A stretch of DNA of 64,000 bases from an uncultured delta proteobacterium. GTDB lineage: Bacteria; Myxococcota; Myxococcia; Myxococcales; Myxococcaceae. Under the pieces are notes generated by a model that did no database searches, had not been told where the DNA came from, and saw only the letters and a program-made list of their open reading frames with translations. Location of the stretch: NCBI GenBank assembly GCA_963796055.1, contig CAWCKH010000004.1, forward strand, positions 2,240,001-2,304,000. Direction: 5' to 3'. This document shows positions 35,605-47,268 of this stretch, in pieces (position 1 is the first letter of the stretch; the number at the start of each line of letters is the position of its first letter). The position numbers and the translations under genes are program-made.

Positions 35605-36282
35605 ATGTACCGCCGGTCCACCGGGTTCACCCTCGTCGAGCTCATGATCGTGGTCGGCGTGATCGGGATTCTCGCAGCGCTCGCCATCCCCAACTTCATC
35701 CGTTTCCAGGCGCGCTCCAAGCAGGCGGAGCCGAAGGCCAACCTGCGCGCGGCATTCACCGCGGAACGCGCCTACTACTCGGAACACTCCTTCTTCAGCA
35801 GCTGCCTGAACAAGATCGGCTTTTCACCGGAGCGGGGAAACCGCTACCGCTACACCCTGAATACGACCTTGCGCACCGACGAGACCTGCAACACCGCAGA
35901 AGATCGCTCGACGGCCGCCGGAGCGAGCCTCGGGACGGACGGGGACGTCCTCGCAGACACCTTCAAGCACGGGAACGGCGTTGGGATCACCGCCGCCAAC
36001 GCCGCGAAGCCGGCGCCAGCCTACACACCGTCGCCCCCCGCGGGCTCGACCATCGTGTGGCAAAACGATCTGGTCGGCGTGGTCCCGGCGACCGCCGACC
36101 CGGCGGGCTCCTTCGGCGTTGCCGCGCACGGGGACATCGATTCCGGCCCCGATCTGGACCTCTGGTACGTCTCGAGCCTCTCGTCAATCACCACCGGTGT
36201 TTGCCCCGCCCTGGTGGGTATCGATCGGCAAGCTCCTGGTGGAGAGCCGAAGAACACCTACAATGACGTCAACTGCCCATGA
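35605..36282 (+). CDS. Second PilA-like pilin (tandem paralog)
   Basis: [35 protein letters not shown], with the same Cys pattern and C-terminus as pilA. Confidence 0.92.
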   Translation: MYRRSTGFTLVELMIVVGVIGILAALAIPNFIRFQARSKQAEPKANLRAAFTAERAYYSEHSFFSSCLNKIGFSPERGNRYRYTLNTTLRTDETCNTAEDRSTAAGASLGTDGDVLADTFKHGNGVGITAANAAKPAPAYTPSPPAGSTIVWQNDLVGVVPATADPAGSFGVAAHGDIDSGPDLDLWYVSSLSSITTGVCPALVGIDRQAPGGEPKNTYNDVNCP

Positions 36283-36331
36283 CGCGCTGACCGGTCTAGC
36301 ATCGGCCGATCCCGTGCCTCCCACCCGATCC

Positions 36332-37225
36332 ATGCGACGAACCCTGAGCACGACAGCGGGGCTCCTCGTGATCGCGACGCTGGTGGGGGTCAGCTACCAG
36401 GCCGGCCGGTACGCCGATCTGCGTAGCGACCGAAGCGCCACGGTCGCTGCCCGCGAGCTGATCTACCTGCCGAGCCCCACCACCGCTCGGCTGATGTCGC
36501 TGGGGTTCGAGCAGCTGGTCGCAGACTGGTACTGGGTGCGTGCGCAGCAGTACTTCGTCGAGCCGGCGAACGAGCTGAACCAGTATCGCAACCTGGGCGA
36601 TTTCCTCGACGTGATCGTCGGCATCGATCCCGACTTCGAGTACGTCTACAAGTTCGCCGGCATCGCCATGCCCTACGACACCGGGCGCCTGAGATTCGCG
36701 AACACGGACCGGGCGATCGGCTTCCTCGAGCGGGGAACGAAGCGCTTCCCCAAGAACTGGGAGCTGCGGCTGTACCTTGGCTTCTACCTGCTCAACTTCG
36801 CGGGGGACTCGGCCAGGGCCGCCGAGCAGTACGCCATCGCCGCACCGCTCCCCGGTGCTCCCCGGTACTTGAAGCGCTTTGCTGCCCGCCTCTTCTCGGT
36901 CAGCGGTGAGCTCGAGCGGGCCAAGGCCTTCACCGAACAGATGCTCTCCATCACCGAGGACCCAGAGGAGAGGGTCCGTCTGGAGAACCGGCTGAAGGAC
37001 ATCGAGCTGGAGGGTCGCTTCCGGGAGGTCGAAGCGGCCGCCAAGCGCTTCCGGGACGTCAATGGCCGCTGGCCCTCGGGTCTCGAGGAACTGGCCATCT
37101 TCAACCCCGGTCCAGCCCTCCCCGAGGGAGCACGCCTGGAGAACGGCACCGTCATCGCTCCCACCGTCAGCCGACTGGTGGTTCACGAGCATCCCAAGGA
37201 AGCCCCGATGCGAGCAGCCCAATGA
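36332..37225 (+). CDS. pilG: PilG-like accessory protein (myxobacterial type)
   Basis: N-terminal TM, LVADWYWVRAQQY and TPR-like FLERG..RFP.NWEL. Lies between pilA and pilH. Start uncertain. Confidence 0.75.
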   Translation: MRRTLSTTAGLLVIATLVGVSYQAGRYADLRSDRSATVAARELIYLPSPTTARLMSLGFEQLVADWYWVRAQQYFVEPANELNQYRNLGDFLDVIVGIDPDFEYVYKFAGIAMPYDTGRLRFANTDRAIGFLERGTKRFPKNWELRLYLGFYLLNFAGDSARAAEQYAIAAPLPGAPRYLKRFAARLFSVSGELERAKAFTEQMLSITEDPEERVRLENRLKDIELEGRFREVEAAAKRFRDVNGRWPSGLEELAIFNPGPALPEGARLENGTVIAPTVSRLVVHEHPKEAPMRAAQ

Positions 37226-38155
37226 GCCACGCCATCGAACTCGACGAACTGCGGAAGGACTTCAGGCTCAGCATGCAGTTGGGCCGCCGACGGGCGCTGG
37301 ACGGACTGTCGCTCTCGGTGCGCCCGGGGGAGATCTACGGCTTCCTTGGTCCCAACGGGGCGGGGAAGACCACCTCGATCAAGATTCTGGTCTCGCTCCT
37401 CCGGCAGGACAGCGGGACCGCCACCATCTTCGGTGCCGAACCGGCCCGGGGAGAGACCCGGCAGCAGATCGGATACCTGCCCGAGTCTCCGACCTTCTAC
37501 GAACACCTGACCGGTCGCGAGTTCCTGGCCTTCTGCGGCCGGCTCTGCGGACTCCGCGGCGCCGAGCTGCGCGAACGCTCCGGACCGGCTGCTCGAGCAG
37601 GTGGGCCTCGCCCATGCGGCTGACCTCCAGATCCGCCGGTACTCGAAGGGAATGAACCAGCGGGTAGGAATCGCCCAGGCCCTGCTTCACGATCCAGAGC
37701 TGGTCATCCTCGACGAGCCGATGAGCGGGCTCGACCCGATCGGGCGCGCCGAGGTCCGGGACCTGATCCTGGACCTCAAGCGCCGCGGGAAGACGGTGTT
37801 CTTCTCCACGCACATCATCCCGGACGTGGAGCTGATCTGCGACCGCGTCGGCCTCATCAACCGTGGACGGATGGTGGCCGAGGGCACCGTCAGCGAGCTG
37901 CTCGACGCGGGGGAGGCCCGGTCCATCGAGGTGGTGGTGGAGAACGTCTCCGGGGCGTTCGAGGGTGGCCTGGCGTCGGAGGTCTCGAGCGTCGGCGCCC
38001 AGAAGCTCTACCTGGTGCCCTCCAACGAGGCGCTGGGGCGATTCGTCTCCGAGGTCCTTCAGCGCCGCGGCAGGCTGGTGTCGGTGAACCCTCGGCGCGA
38101 GGGGCTGGAGAACCTGGTCGTCCGCCTGCTGGAGCAGGACCGCGCCGCTGCTTGA
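37222..38155 (+). CDS. pilH: ABC transporter ATP-binding protein PilH (frameshift near 37580)
   Basis: GPNGAGKTT in the first frame; [19 protein letters not shown] and FSTH in the second. Confidence 0.9.
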
Positions 38156-38172
38156 GACCGGGAATCCACGCG

Positions 38173-38936
38173 ATGAACGTCCTCACCGTTGCCGCACAGA
38201 CCTTCACCGAGGCGCGCCGAAACCGCGTCTTCTACTCACTCTTCCTCTTCGCGCTGGTGGTCGTGCTCAGCTCGATCATCTTCACCGAGGTGACCTCCAC
38301 CACGATGGACCGCATGCTGAAGGACACCGGGCCTCGCGGCGATCAACGTCTTTGCCCTCGCCCTCACCGTCTTCACCGGAGTGGGGATCATCAACCGGGA
38401 GATCGACCGGCGGAGCATCTACACGGTGCTCGCCAAACCGGTGAGCCGCACCAGCTACATCCTCGGCAAGTACCTCGGGCTGCTGGGGATCATCCTCGCC
38501 ACCTCGGTGATGATGTTCATCGGACTGCTGCTGGTCATGAAGGGCTACCGGACCGAGATCCGCGCCGGCATCTTCCTCGGCTACCTCGGGAGTGCTGCTC
38601 GAGGTCATGGTCCTCGGGGCCGTGGCGCTGCTCTGCTCCACCTTCACCACCTCGTTCATCTCCGCGTTCATCTGCGCGGCGGTGTGGCTCTCCGGGCACC
38701 TCTCCACCGAGTTCCTGCGGGTGGTGAGAAAGTCCGAAGGGCCGCGCCGGGTGGTGGGCGAGGCGCTGTACTACCTGGTTCCGAACCTCGACCGTTTCAA
38801 CTTCAAGTACCACGCCACGTACGACCTGACGGTGCCCGGTTCCACCCTGCTCGCCGTGGTGCTCTTCGCCCTCGCCTATTCCGCGGCTGCGCTCGTCGCG
38901 GCGGTGATGGTGTTCCAGCGGCGAGACTTCCGCTGA
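38173..38936 (+). CDS. pilI: ABC transporter permease PilI (frameshifts near 38330 and 38590)
   Basis: TFTEARRNRV, REIDRRSIYTVLAKPVSR..YILGKYLG and FQRRDFR spread over three frames. Confidence 0.85.
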
Positions 38937-38958
38937 GGCGAACGGGGGCCGGCGCGCC

Positions 38959-40395
38959 ATGCCCTTCACCGAGCCGGCGTTCCTTTTCTACTTCCTCCCC
39001 GGCACCCTGGCGGCCTACCACCTCGCGCCGGCGCGCCTGAGGAACCTCGTCCTCACCCTGGCGAGCTTTCTCTTCTACGCGGTGGGAGAGTGGGCGTTCG
39101 TCGGCTGGCTGCTCGGCTCGACCGCGGTGACCTATGCCGTGGCCCGGGGAATCGACGCCTGGCGGGGGCAGCGCCGGGCCGCGCTGCTGCTCGCGCTCGG
39201 GCTGGTTGTCGATCTCGCCCTGCTTGCCTACTTCAAGTACGCAGGCTTCGCGGTGCGGACCCTCGCCAGTCTCGGGCTGACCGGCGCCGCCATCCCCGAG
39301 ATTCTCCTTCCTCTGGGGATCAGCTTCTTCACCTTCCACAAGATCTCCTACAAGGTCGACGTGTGGCGCGGCACGGCGGAGGTCCGGAAGGATCCGCTGG
39401 ACTCTGCTGCTCTACATCCTCTTCTTCCCCCAGCTCATCGCCGGTCCGATCGTCCGCTACCACGACATCGCCGACGAGCTCGTGTCGCCGGCCGGTCGAC
39501 GCTCGAGACGTTCGCTTCCGGGCGTCCGGCGGTTCGCGGTGGGCTTCGCCAAGAAGATGCTGGTGGCGAACACGTGGCCTCGGTCGCCGACCAGGTGTTC
39601 GGCATCGACCCGGCGCAGCTCGGCGCGGCGTCCGCCTGGCTCGGCGCTGGTCTGCTACACCCTGCAGATCTACTTCGACTTCTCCGGCTACTCGGACATG
39701 GCCATCGGCCTGGCCCGGATGTTCGGCTTCCACTTCCTGGAGAACTTCGACTACCCCTACGTCGTCCCGCTCGGTGCAGCGAGTTCTGGCGGCGGTGGCA
39801 CATCTCGCTGTCGCGCTGGTTCCGCGACTACCTCTACCTTCCGCTGGGCGGGAACCGGCTGTCGGCGGCTGCGGACCTACGTCAATCTCGTCGCGTGGTC
39901 TTCCTGCTCTGCGGGCTGTGGCACGGCGCGAGCTGGACCTTCGTCGTCTGGGGCGCTGTTCCACGGGCTGTGGCTCGTCGCCGAACGCGCGGGGTGGGGG
40001 CGGGTGCTGGCGCGGCTGCCTGCCCGCCGTCGCAGCATCTCCAGACGCTGCTCTGGGTGATGCGTGGGCTGGGTGTTCTTCCGCGCCGCCGTCCGTCAGC
40101 CACGCGCTCGGCCTTCCTCCGGGCGCTCGCCGGCGGTTCCAGTCGGCGCGGCTCCGCTCGACGTCGATGTCGCTGGCCACGCCGGCAGTGGTGCTGGCGC
40201 TCACCACGGGCACCATCGGCTCCACCCCGGTGCTGGCCGACCTCGCTCGCCGCTGGCGCTCGGCGACCGGTGACCGCGGCGTGCCGGTCTGGGCGTCTGG
40301 CCAGCGGACTGCGCGATGCGTGGGGCTCCTGCTCGTGCTCGGCGATGCAGGTGGCCTCCGGCTCCTACAATCCGTTCATCTACTTCCGCTTCTGA
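38959..40395 (+). CDS. MBOAT O-acyltransferase, AlgI/PatA-like (many internal frameshifts)
   Basis: LPLGISFFTF, FFPQLIAGPIVRY, LQIYFDFSGYSDMAIG, EFWRRWHISLS.WFRDY, GLWHGA and SYNPFIYFRF, distributed among all three frames. Confidence 0.9.
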   Translation: MPFTEPAFLFYFLPGTLAAYHLAPARLRNLVLTLASFLFYAVGEWAFVGWLLGSTAVTYAVARGIDAWRGQRRAALLLALGLVVDLALLAYFKYAGFAVRTLASLGLTGAAIPEILLPLGISFFTFHKISYKVDVWRGTAEVRKDPLDSAALHPLLPPAHRRSDRPLPRHRRRARVAGRSTLETFASGRPAVRGGLRQEDAGGEHVASVADQVFGIDPAQLGAASAWLGAGLLHPADLLRLLRLLGHGHRPGPDVRLPLPGELRLPLRRPARCSEFWRRWHISLSRWFRDYLYLPLGGNRLSAAADLRQSRRVVFLLCGLWHGASWTFVVWGAVPRAVARRRTRGVGAGAGAAACPPSQHLQTLLWVMRGLGVLPRRRPSATRSAFLRALAGGSSRRGSARRRCRWPRRQWCWRSPRAPSAPPRCWPTSLAAGARRPVTAACRSGRLASGLRDAWGSCSCSAMQVASGSYNPFIYFRF

Positions 40396-41564
40396 TGATG
40401 CCCGCCGTCTCCACAGCGGTCGCTCGACCCGCGAGGGTGGCCCCCCCGGGCACGGCGCTGGTGCTGGTGTTCCTGGCGTTCGTCAGTCTCCCGGGGCTGG
40501 TGGGCCTCGGCGGCCAGAGCGCCCGGGAGCGCGAACGCAACGGCGAGGCCACGGTGCCTCCTCCCTCGCTGTCGCGCGCCGGGGGAGTCGGCGGCTTCCT
40601 GAAGGGGACGGTGGTCTATCTCGACGCCACCTTCGGGCTCCGGCAAACGCTCATCGGCTGGGACGCGCGGCTGAAGCGTGCGCTCGGCCTGAGCGAGAGC
40701 GTCGGCTCGCCAGTCGCCCACGGCCGGGAGGGGTGGCTGTTTTACCGCGTGCATCGCGGCACCCAGGGCACCCGCCCCGAGCTGCCCTTCGAGCCCGAGG
40801 TGCTCGACCGCTGGGTCCACACGTTGAGCTCCCAGCACCGTGCGGTCACCGAGGCCGGGGCGCGCTACCTCTTCGTCGTCGTCCCGGACAAGGAAACCGT
40901 TTACCCCGAGCTCCTCCCCGCGGGGTCGCCGCCAGCGCGGCCGGTGAGCAGACTCGACGCGCTCACCGCGCGGCTCCGGGCTGACGGGGTGGAGGTGGTC
41001 GATCTCCGTCCCGCACTCCGTGAGGCGCGTGGGGCAACCTCTCCGTTCTCTCGCTGGTCGCTGTACCACCGCACCGACACGCACTGGAACGAGCTGGGAG
41101 CCCTGGTCGCGGCGCGTCCGATGCTCGCGCAGCTCTCCACCTGGTTCCCCCGGGTGCGCGTCCCGGCGGACGACGAAGTGGACGTCCAGACGGTCGAGAC
41201 CGCGGGGGGCGATCTGGCGCGCATGGAGGGGCTCCAGGACAGCTCGAGCGAGGTCCAGGTCCGGGCACGGGTGCGTTCGGCCTCCTGCGTGTTCAATCCG
41301 CTCGGTGCGCCGAGGCGTACCGGTCCCGAGGTTCCGCTGGTGAAGGCGCAGATCCTGGAGTGCCGGGGTGCGCCCATCCGCCGGGGGCTCATCCTCCACG
41401 ACTCGATGATGGTCGCCATGCTCCCGGCGCTCGCTCCGGCATTCGAGCGCTCGGTCTGGCGTCTCACTCCGGTCCTCGATCGGGCGCTCCTCGCCGGGGA
41501 GAGGCCGGATCTGGTGATCGTCGAGCTGGTCGAGCGCACCTTGTGGGAGGGTCTGCCGCAGTGA
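40395..41564 (+). CDS. AlgJ/AlgX-like SGNH O-acetyltransferase
   Basis: TGATG overlap; N-terminal TM; GREGWLF, PDKETVYPELLP, RTDTHWNxxGA, GDLA and HDS. Confidence 0.88.
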   Translation: MMPAVSTAVARPARVAPPGTALVLVFLAFVSLPGLVGLGGQSARERERNGEATVPPPSLSRAGGVGGFLKGTVVYLDATFGLRQTLIGWDARLKRALGLSESVGSPVAHGREGWLFYRVHRGTQGTRPELPFEPEVLDRWVHTLSSQHRAVTEAGARYLFVVVPDKETVYPELLPAGSPPARPVSRLDALTARLRADGVEVVDLRPALREARGATSPFSRWSLYHRTDTHWNELGALVAARPMLAQLSTWFPRVRVPADDEVDVQTVETAGGDLARMEGLQDSSSEVQVRARVRSASCVFNPLGAPRRTGPEVPLVKAQILECRGAPIRRGLILHDSMMVAMLPALAPAFERSVWRLTPVLDRALLAGERPDLVIVELVERTLWEGLPQ

Positions 41565-42517
41565 CCGGTCCCGAGGCCTTGTTGCTGCCCTCGCTCTTCG
41601 TGTTCGGGCTCCTGGTGGGGAGCTTCCTCAACGTGGTCATCGCCCGGGTGCCGCACGGGCTCTCCATCGTCCGGCCGGGCTCGCGGTGTCCCCGGTGCGG
41701 CCAGGTTCTCTCCTGGTACGAGAACGTCCCGCTCGTCTCGTGGGCGGTGCTCCGCGGTCGCTGCCGGAGCTGCAAGGCGCCTATCTCCATCCGCTACCCG
41801 GCGGTGGAGCTCCTCACCGGACTGCTCTTCCTCGCCGCCGGCTGGGCCTTCGGGCCGACCTGGGAGCTGCTTCGTGGGCTGCTCCTGGTGGGCTTCCTCG
41901 TGCCGCTGGCGCTCATCGACCTCGAGCACTGGATCGTCCCGGTGGGCGTCACAGTGCTCGGGACCGTCGCCGGCCTGGCCAGCGCGCTTCCGCTCGGTCG
42001 CGTCGTGCTCCTGGATTGTGCCATCGGCGCCGCGGCGGGCTTCCTCGTCATCTGGGCCCTGGAGCGCGTGGCCCTGGTGCTGGTGGTGAAGGTCATCCGG
42101 CCGCCGCTCCGGGCGCTCCGGCGCGCGCTGAGCAGGGCGACCGGCGCCGAGCCCCCCGAGCCCGAGCCGGATCCCACCGAGGCGCTCGGCGCCGGGGACA
42201 AGTGGCTCCTGCTGCTCGTGGGCAGCTATCTGGGATGGCGGGCGCTGTTCGGGGTCTTTCTCCTCGGTGCCCTGCAGGGAGCGGTGGTCGGCACGACGCT
42301 CCTCTTGCTCCACGGGCGCGCGGGCTCGGAGCCGCCGGCGCCGGGCTCACCGGCCACCGAGGACGGCTGGGAGCCCGAGGCGACGGCGCTGCCCTTCGGG
42401 CCGTGGATCGCCCTGGCTGCGCTGGAGATCTTCCTTCTGGGGCCGTGGCTGGCCGGGGCCTTTCCTTCTCCCCTGGTGATGCTGGTCACCGGGCAGCCGT
42501 GGGCGCCGCCGCCGTGA
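41561..42517 (+). CDS. pilD: Prepilin peptidase PilD
   Basis: GTGA overlap; GSFLNVVIAR, SRCPRC, RGRCRSC, IDLEH, GAGD and PFGPW. Confidence 0.93.
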   Translation: MTGPEALLLPSLFVFGLLVGSFLNVVIARVPHGLSIVRPGSRCPRCGQVLSWYENVPLVSWAVLRGRCRSCKAPISIRYPAVELLTGLLFLAAGWAFGPTWELLRGLLLVGFLVPLALIDLEHWIVPVGVTVLGTVAGLASALPLGRVVLLDCAIGAAAGFLVIWALERVALVLVVKVIRPPLRALRRALSRATGAEPPEPEPDPTEALGAGDKWLLLLVGSYLGWRALFGVFLLGALQGAVVGTTLLLLHGRAGSEPPAPGSPATEDGWEPEATALPFGPWIALAALEIFLLGPWLAGAFPSPLVMLVTGQPWAPPP

Positions 42518-43637
42518 AGCTGCGCATCGCGGCCATCGCCTTCCTCCTCGCGGTGCTGGCCACCGGCATCACCTGGCTGTCGTTCCAGCCGGTGGTGCTG
42601 CGCCTGGTGGAGGCGCTGCGGGTGGCGGCGCCGGCCGGGAGCGCCGTCGCGGCACGTGCTGGAGACGGCGCAGGAGTTCCTGCCGCTCTACCTCGGCCTC
42701 GATCTGCTGATCCTGGTGCTGGTGGCCTTCGGCGTCCTCTACTTCACCGTGGTGCGGCCGCTCGGGCGCGGTGGAGCGCGAGATGCAGGGCCTCGAGCGG
42801 CTGGACTGGGCCCCCGAGGAGAGGTCGGGGGGCCCGCTCCTGAGCCGGTTCCAGGCCAGCCTGCGCCGGACCGCGGCCGCGCTCGCTTCCGAGCGCGCGC
42901 TCACCCGCCGCCAGCTGGAGGACCTCGCCGCGGCCAACGAGCGGCTCACCCGGGCGCAGGCCGGCCTGGTGGCCAGCGAGCGGCTGGCGACCGTGGGCCG
43001 GCTGGCGGCGGGCGTGGCACACGAGATCGGCAACCCGCTCTCGGGCGTCCTGGGCTGGCTGAGCGTGGCCCAGACGCGGAGCGCCGCGGACCCCGAGCTC
43101 TCCGGCTACCTCCGCGAGATGGAGGCCGAGGTGCGGCGCATCGATGGCATCGTCCGGAGCCTCCTGGACCTGGGCCGCCCGGTCCGCACCCAGGTCGGCC
43201 CGGTGTCGGTCGCCGAGCTGGTGCGGACCGCGGCGCGGCTGGTGGGCTCGGGCCCCGAGTTCCGGGAGGTCACGGTGGAGACCGACATCGACCCGGGGCT
43301 GGTCGCCCTGGCCGACCCCGGGCCGCTGAGCCAGGTGGTCATCAACCTCCTGATCAACGCCGCGCAGGCCATCGGTGGCCCCGGGACCATCCGGGTGCTG
43401 GGTGCGGCGGAGGGTGGGCGGGTGCGCATCGACGTCCTGGACTCCGGTCCAGGGGTCCCGCCCGAGCTGCGGGAGCGCATCTTCGAGCCGTTCTTCACCA
43501 CCAAGTCGGGCGGGAAGGGCACCGGCCTGGGTCTCGCGGTGAGCCAGCACCTGATGCGGGTGATGTCGGGAGACATCGCCGTGGGTGAGGCACCGCACGG
43601 CGGAGGAAAATTTACCGTCAGCTTGCCGGCGGCCTGA
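42514..43637 (+). CDS. Sensor histidine kinase, PilS2-like (frameshifts near 42650 and 42765)
   Basis: GTGA overlap; two TM segments; [27 protein letters not shown] and [13 protein letters not shown]. Confidence 0.85.
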
Positions 43638-43696
43638 TCCCCGGTTCCGGGACTCGCCTCGGCGCTCCGGCATGGGAGAATGCCGGGCGCACCCCG

Positions 43697-45113
<1,417 letters not shown>

Positions 45114-45256
45114 GGTCGATCTCACCCACCGGCGAGGGCACACACAGACCCCTCAATGACGCATCAAACAGGGATGTAAGAGCCGAACCCACGAATTGCG
45201 CCCTTCCGCTTTTCGCGGGGATACTCGTCGCTCGCGGTGCAATTCCGGAGGGCGCG

Positions 45257-45484
45257 ATGGCGCGCGGCAAGCGCAACGACGTCCAGCGTCTGCGTGAGGA
45301 ACAGCTGATGTCCAAGGCCGAGCTGGCCCGCCGCGCGGGCGTCTCGGTGCTCACCATCGACCGCGTCGAGCGCGGGGCGGAGTGCCGGGTGGACACCAAA
45401 CGAAAGATCATCCTCGCCCTGGGCTTCCGGGTGGAGGACCGCCGCAAGGTCTTCCCCGAAGGCAACGCGGAAGGAGCCCGGTGA
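45257..45484 (+). CDS. Small XRE-family helix-turn-helix protein
   Basis: RBS GGAGG; LREEQLMSKAELARRAGVSVLTIDRVERG. Its stop overlaps the pilM start. Confidence 0.85.
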   Translation: MARGKRNDVQRLREEQLMSKAELARRAGVSVLTIDRVERGAECRVDTKRKIILALGFRVEDRRKVFPEGNAEGAR

Positions 45485-46566
45485 TGGCGAAGGGAAAGCT
45501 CGCCATCGGCCTCGACATCGGCTCGACGTCGGTGAAGATGATCCAGCTCAAGGAGACGCGGCGCCGCGGCGAGGTGGTGTACTCGCTGCAGAACTTCGGG
45601 ATGAAGCCACTGCCTCCCGAGGCCATCGTCGACAACGCGCTGATGAACTCCACGGCCATCGTTCAGGCCATCCAGGAGCTGATCGGCGAGCTCCGGATCA
45701 AGCAGAAGGAGACGGCGATCAGCGTCTCCGGTCACTCGGTGATCATCAAGAAGATCCAGATGCCGCAGATGTCCTCCGCGGAGCTGGAGGAGTCCATCCA
45801 GTGGGAGGCGGAGCAGTACATCCCCTTCGACGTCAAGGACGTGAACATCGACACCCAGATCCTCTCCACCGAGGGTTCGGCGGCCACCGGCCAGATGGAC
45901 GTGCTCCTGGTCGCGGCGAAGAAGGACATGATCAACGACTACACCACCGTGGTCAGCGAGGCCGGGCTGCTTCCGGTGGTGGTGGACATCGACTCCTTCG
46001 CGGTCCAGAACATGTTCAGCGCCAACTACGAGACCGCGGACGCGGACACGGTGGTGCTGATCAACGCCGGCGCGTCGGTGGTGAACATCAACATCCTCGA
46101 TCGCGGGGTGACCGTCTTCACCCGCGACGTCACCATCGGCGGAAACCAGTTCACCGAGGAGATCCAGAAGCAGCTCAACGTCTCCTACGAGGAGGCCGAG
46201 GCGCTGAAGATCGGCGGCGGGCGGAGCGAGTCCGACGCGGTGGTGCCCCAGGAGGTCGAGCGGGTGATGGCCGGAGTGGCCGAGCAGGTGGCCGGAGAGA
46301 TCCAGCGCTCGCTGGACTTCTACGCCGGGACCGCGGCCGACACCCGGTTCGCCAAGGTCTACCTCTCGGGTGGGACGGCGAAGATCCCCGCGCTGTTCAA
46401 GACCATCGAGGCCCGGGTGGGCGTCCCGGTGGAGATCGCCAACCCGTTCAAGAACGTGGTCATCGACAGCCGGCGGTTCGATCCAGGCTTCATCATGGAC
46501 GTCGCGCCGATGGCGGCGGTGGCGGTGGGGCTGGCCCTGCGCCGGCCCGGGGACAAGCTGACGTGA
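45484..46566 (+). CDS. pilM: Type IV pilus assembly protein PilM
   Basis: IGLDIGSTSVK, EAEQYIPF, LLVAAKK, LSGGTA and AVGLALR. Confidence 0.97.
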   Translation: MAKGKLAIGLDIGSTSVKMIQLKETRRRGEVVYSLQNFGMKPLPPEAIVDNALMNSTAIVQAIQELIGELRIKQKETAISVSGHSVIIKKIQMPQMSSAELEESIQWEAEQYIPFDVKDVNIDTQILSTEGSAATGQMDVLLVAAKKDMINDYTTVVSEAGLLPVVVDIDSFAVQNMFSANYETADADTVVLINAGASVVNINILDRGVTVFTRDVTIGGNQFTEEIQKQLNVSYEEAEALKIGGGRSESDAVVPQEVERVMAGVAEQVAGEIQRSLDFYAGTAADTRFAKVYLSGGTAKIPALFKTIEARVGVPVEIANPFKNVVIDSRRFDPGFIMDVAPMAAVAVGLALRRPGDKLT

Positions 46567-46579
46567 GGAGGGTGCGGCG

Positions 46580-47261
46580 ATGATGATCCACATCAACCTC
46601 CTCCCCGTCCGGCAGGAGAAGAAGCGCGAGGTCGGGCGGCAATTCCTGGTCGCCGTCGGCGGGGCCCTGTTCGTCACCCTGCTCGGCAACTGGCTCTGGT
46701 ACGACGGGCTGGCCTCCGAGGAGAAGAAGAACGCCCAGCGGATGGCCGCCACCCAGGCCCGCATCGCCGAGCTGGAGAAGGTCATCGGCGAGGTGGACAA
46801 GATCAACGCCCGGAAGAAGGACGTCCAGGCGAAGCTGGCGATCCTCGCCGACCTCCGCAAGCAGCGCACCGGCCCGGTGCGGATGCTGGACGCGCTGTCC
46901 ACCGCCATCCCCAAGAAAGTCTGGCTCACCGGCTTCGAGGAGAAGTCGAGCGCGGTGAAGATGACCGGGCGCGCCGCCAGTCACGAGGACGTGGCCGAGT
47001 TCATGCGCGGGCTGCAGAGCATCGTCTGGACTCCGCGGGGGATGGGGCGGCTCGTCGAGCAGCGGCGCGACGCGGCCACCGCCCGGGTCGAGCTGGTGGG
47101 TGGCGAGGGCGCGGTGGAGGACTTCCCCACCAAGTCCATCGCCAACTTCTTCACCCGGGTCGATCTGAAGAGGGCCGAGTCGAAGACGGCCGGAAGCGGA
47201 GCCGCCGCCGGCGCGCATCGTCGAGTTCGAGATCAACATGAACTCGAACTACGCCATCTAG
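46580..47261 (+). CDS. pilN: PilN (+1 frameshift near 47200; true end IVEFEINMNSNYAI)
   Basis: IHINLLP motif, TM, coiled coil and IPKKVWLT. Confidence 0.92.
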
Positions 47262-47268
47262 GACCACC

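Noticed and set aside
34841..36282. Diversity-generating retroelement or Neisseria-type silent pilin cassette
   Set aside because: Differences between the copies are not adenine-specific, no reverse transcriptase is present, and the second pilin keeps its full N-terminus and start codon.
39090..41564. 824-aa MBOAT-AlgJ fusion
   Set aside because: The MBOAT ends at FIYFRF-stop (40395) and algJ starts at the overlapping ATG. The long ORF is only an open alternate frame.
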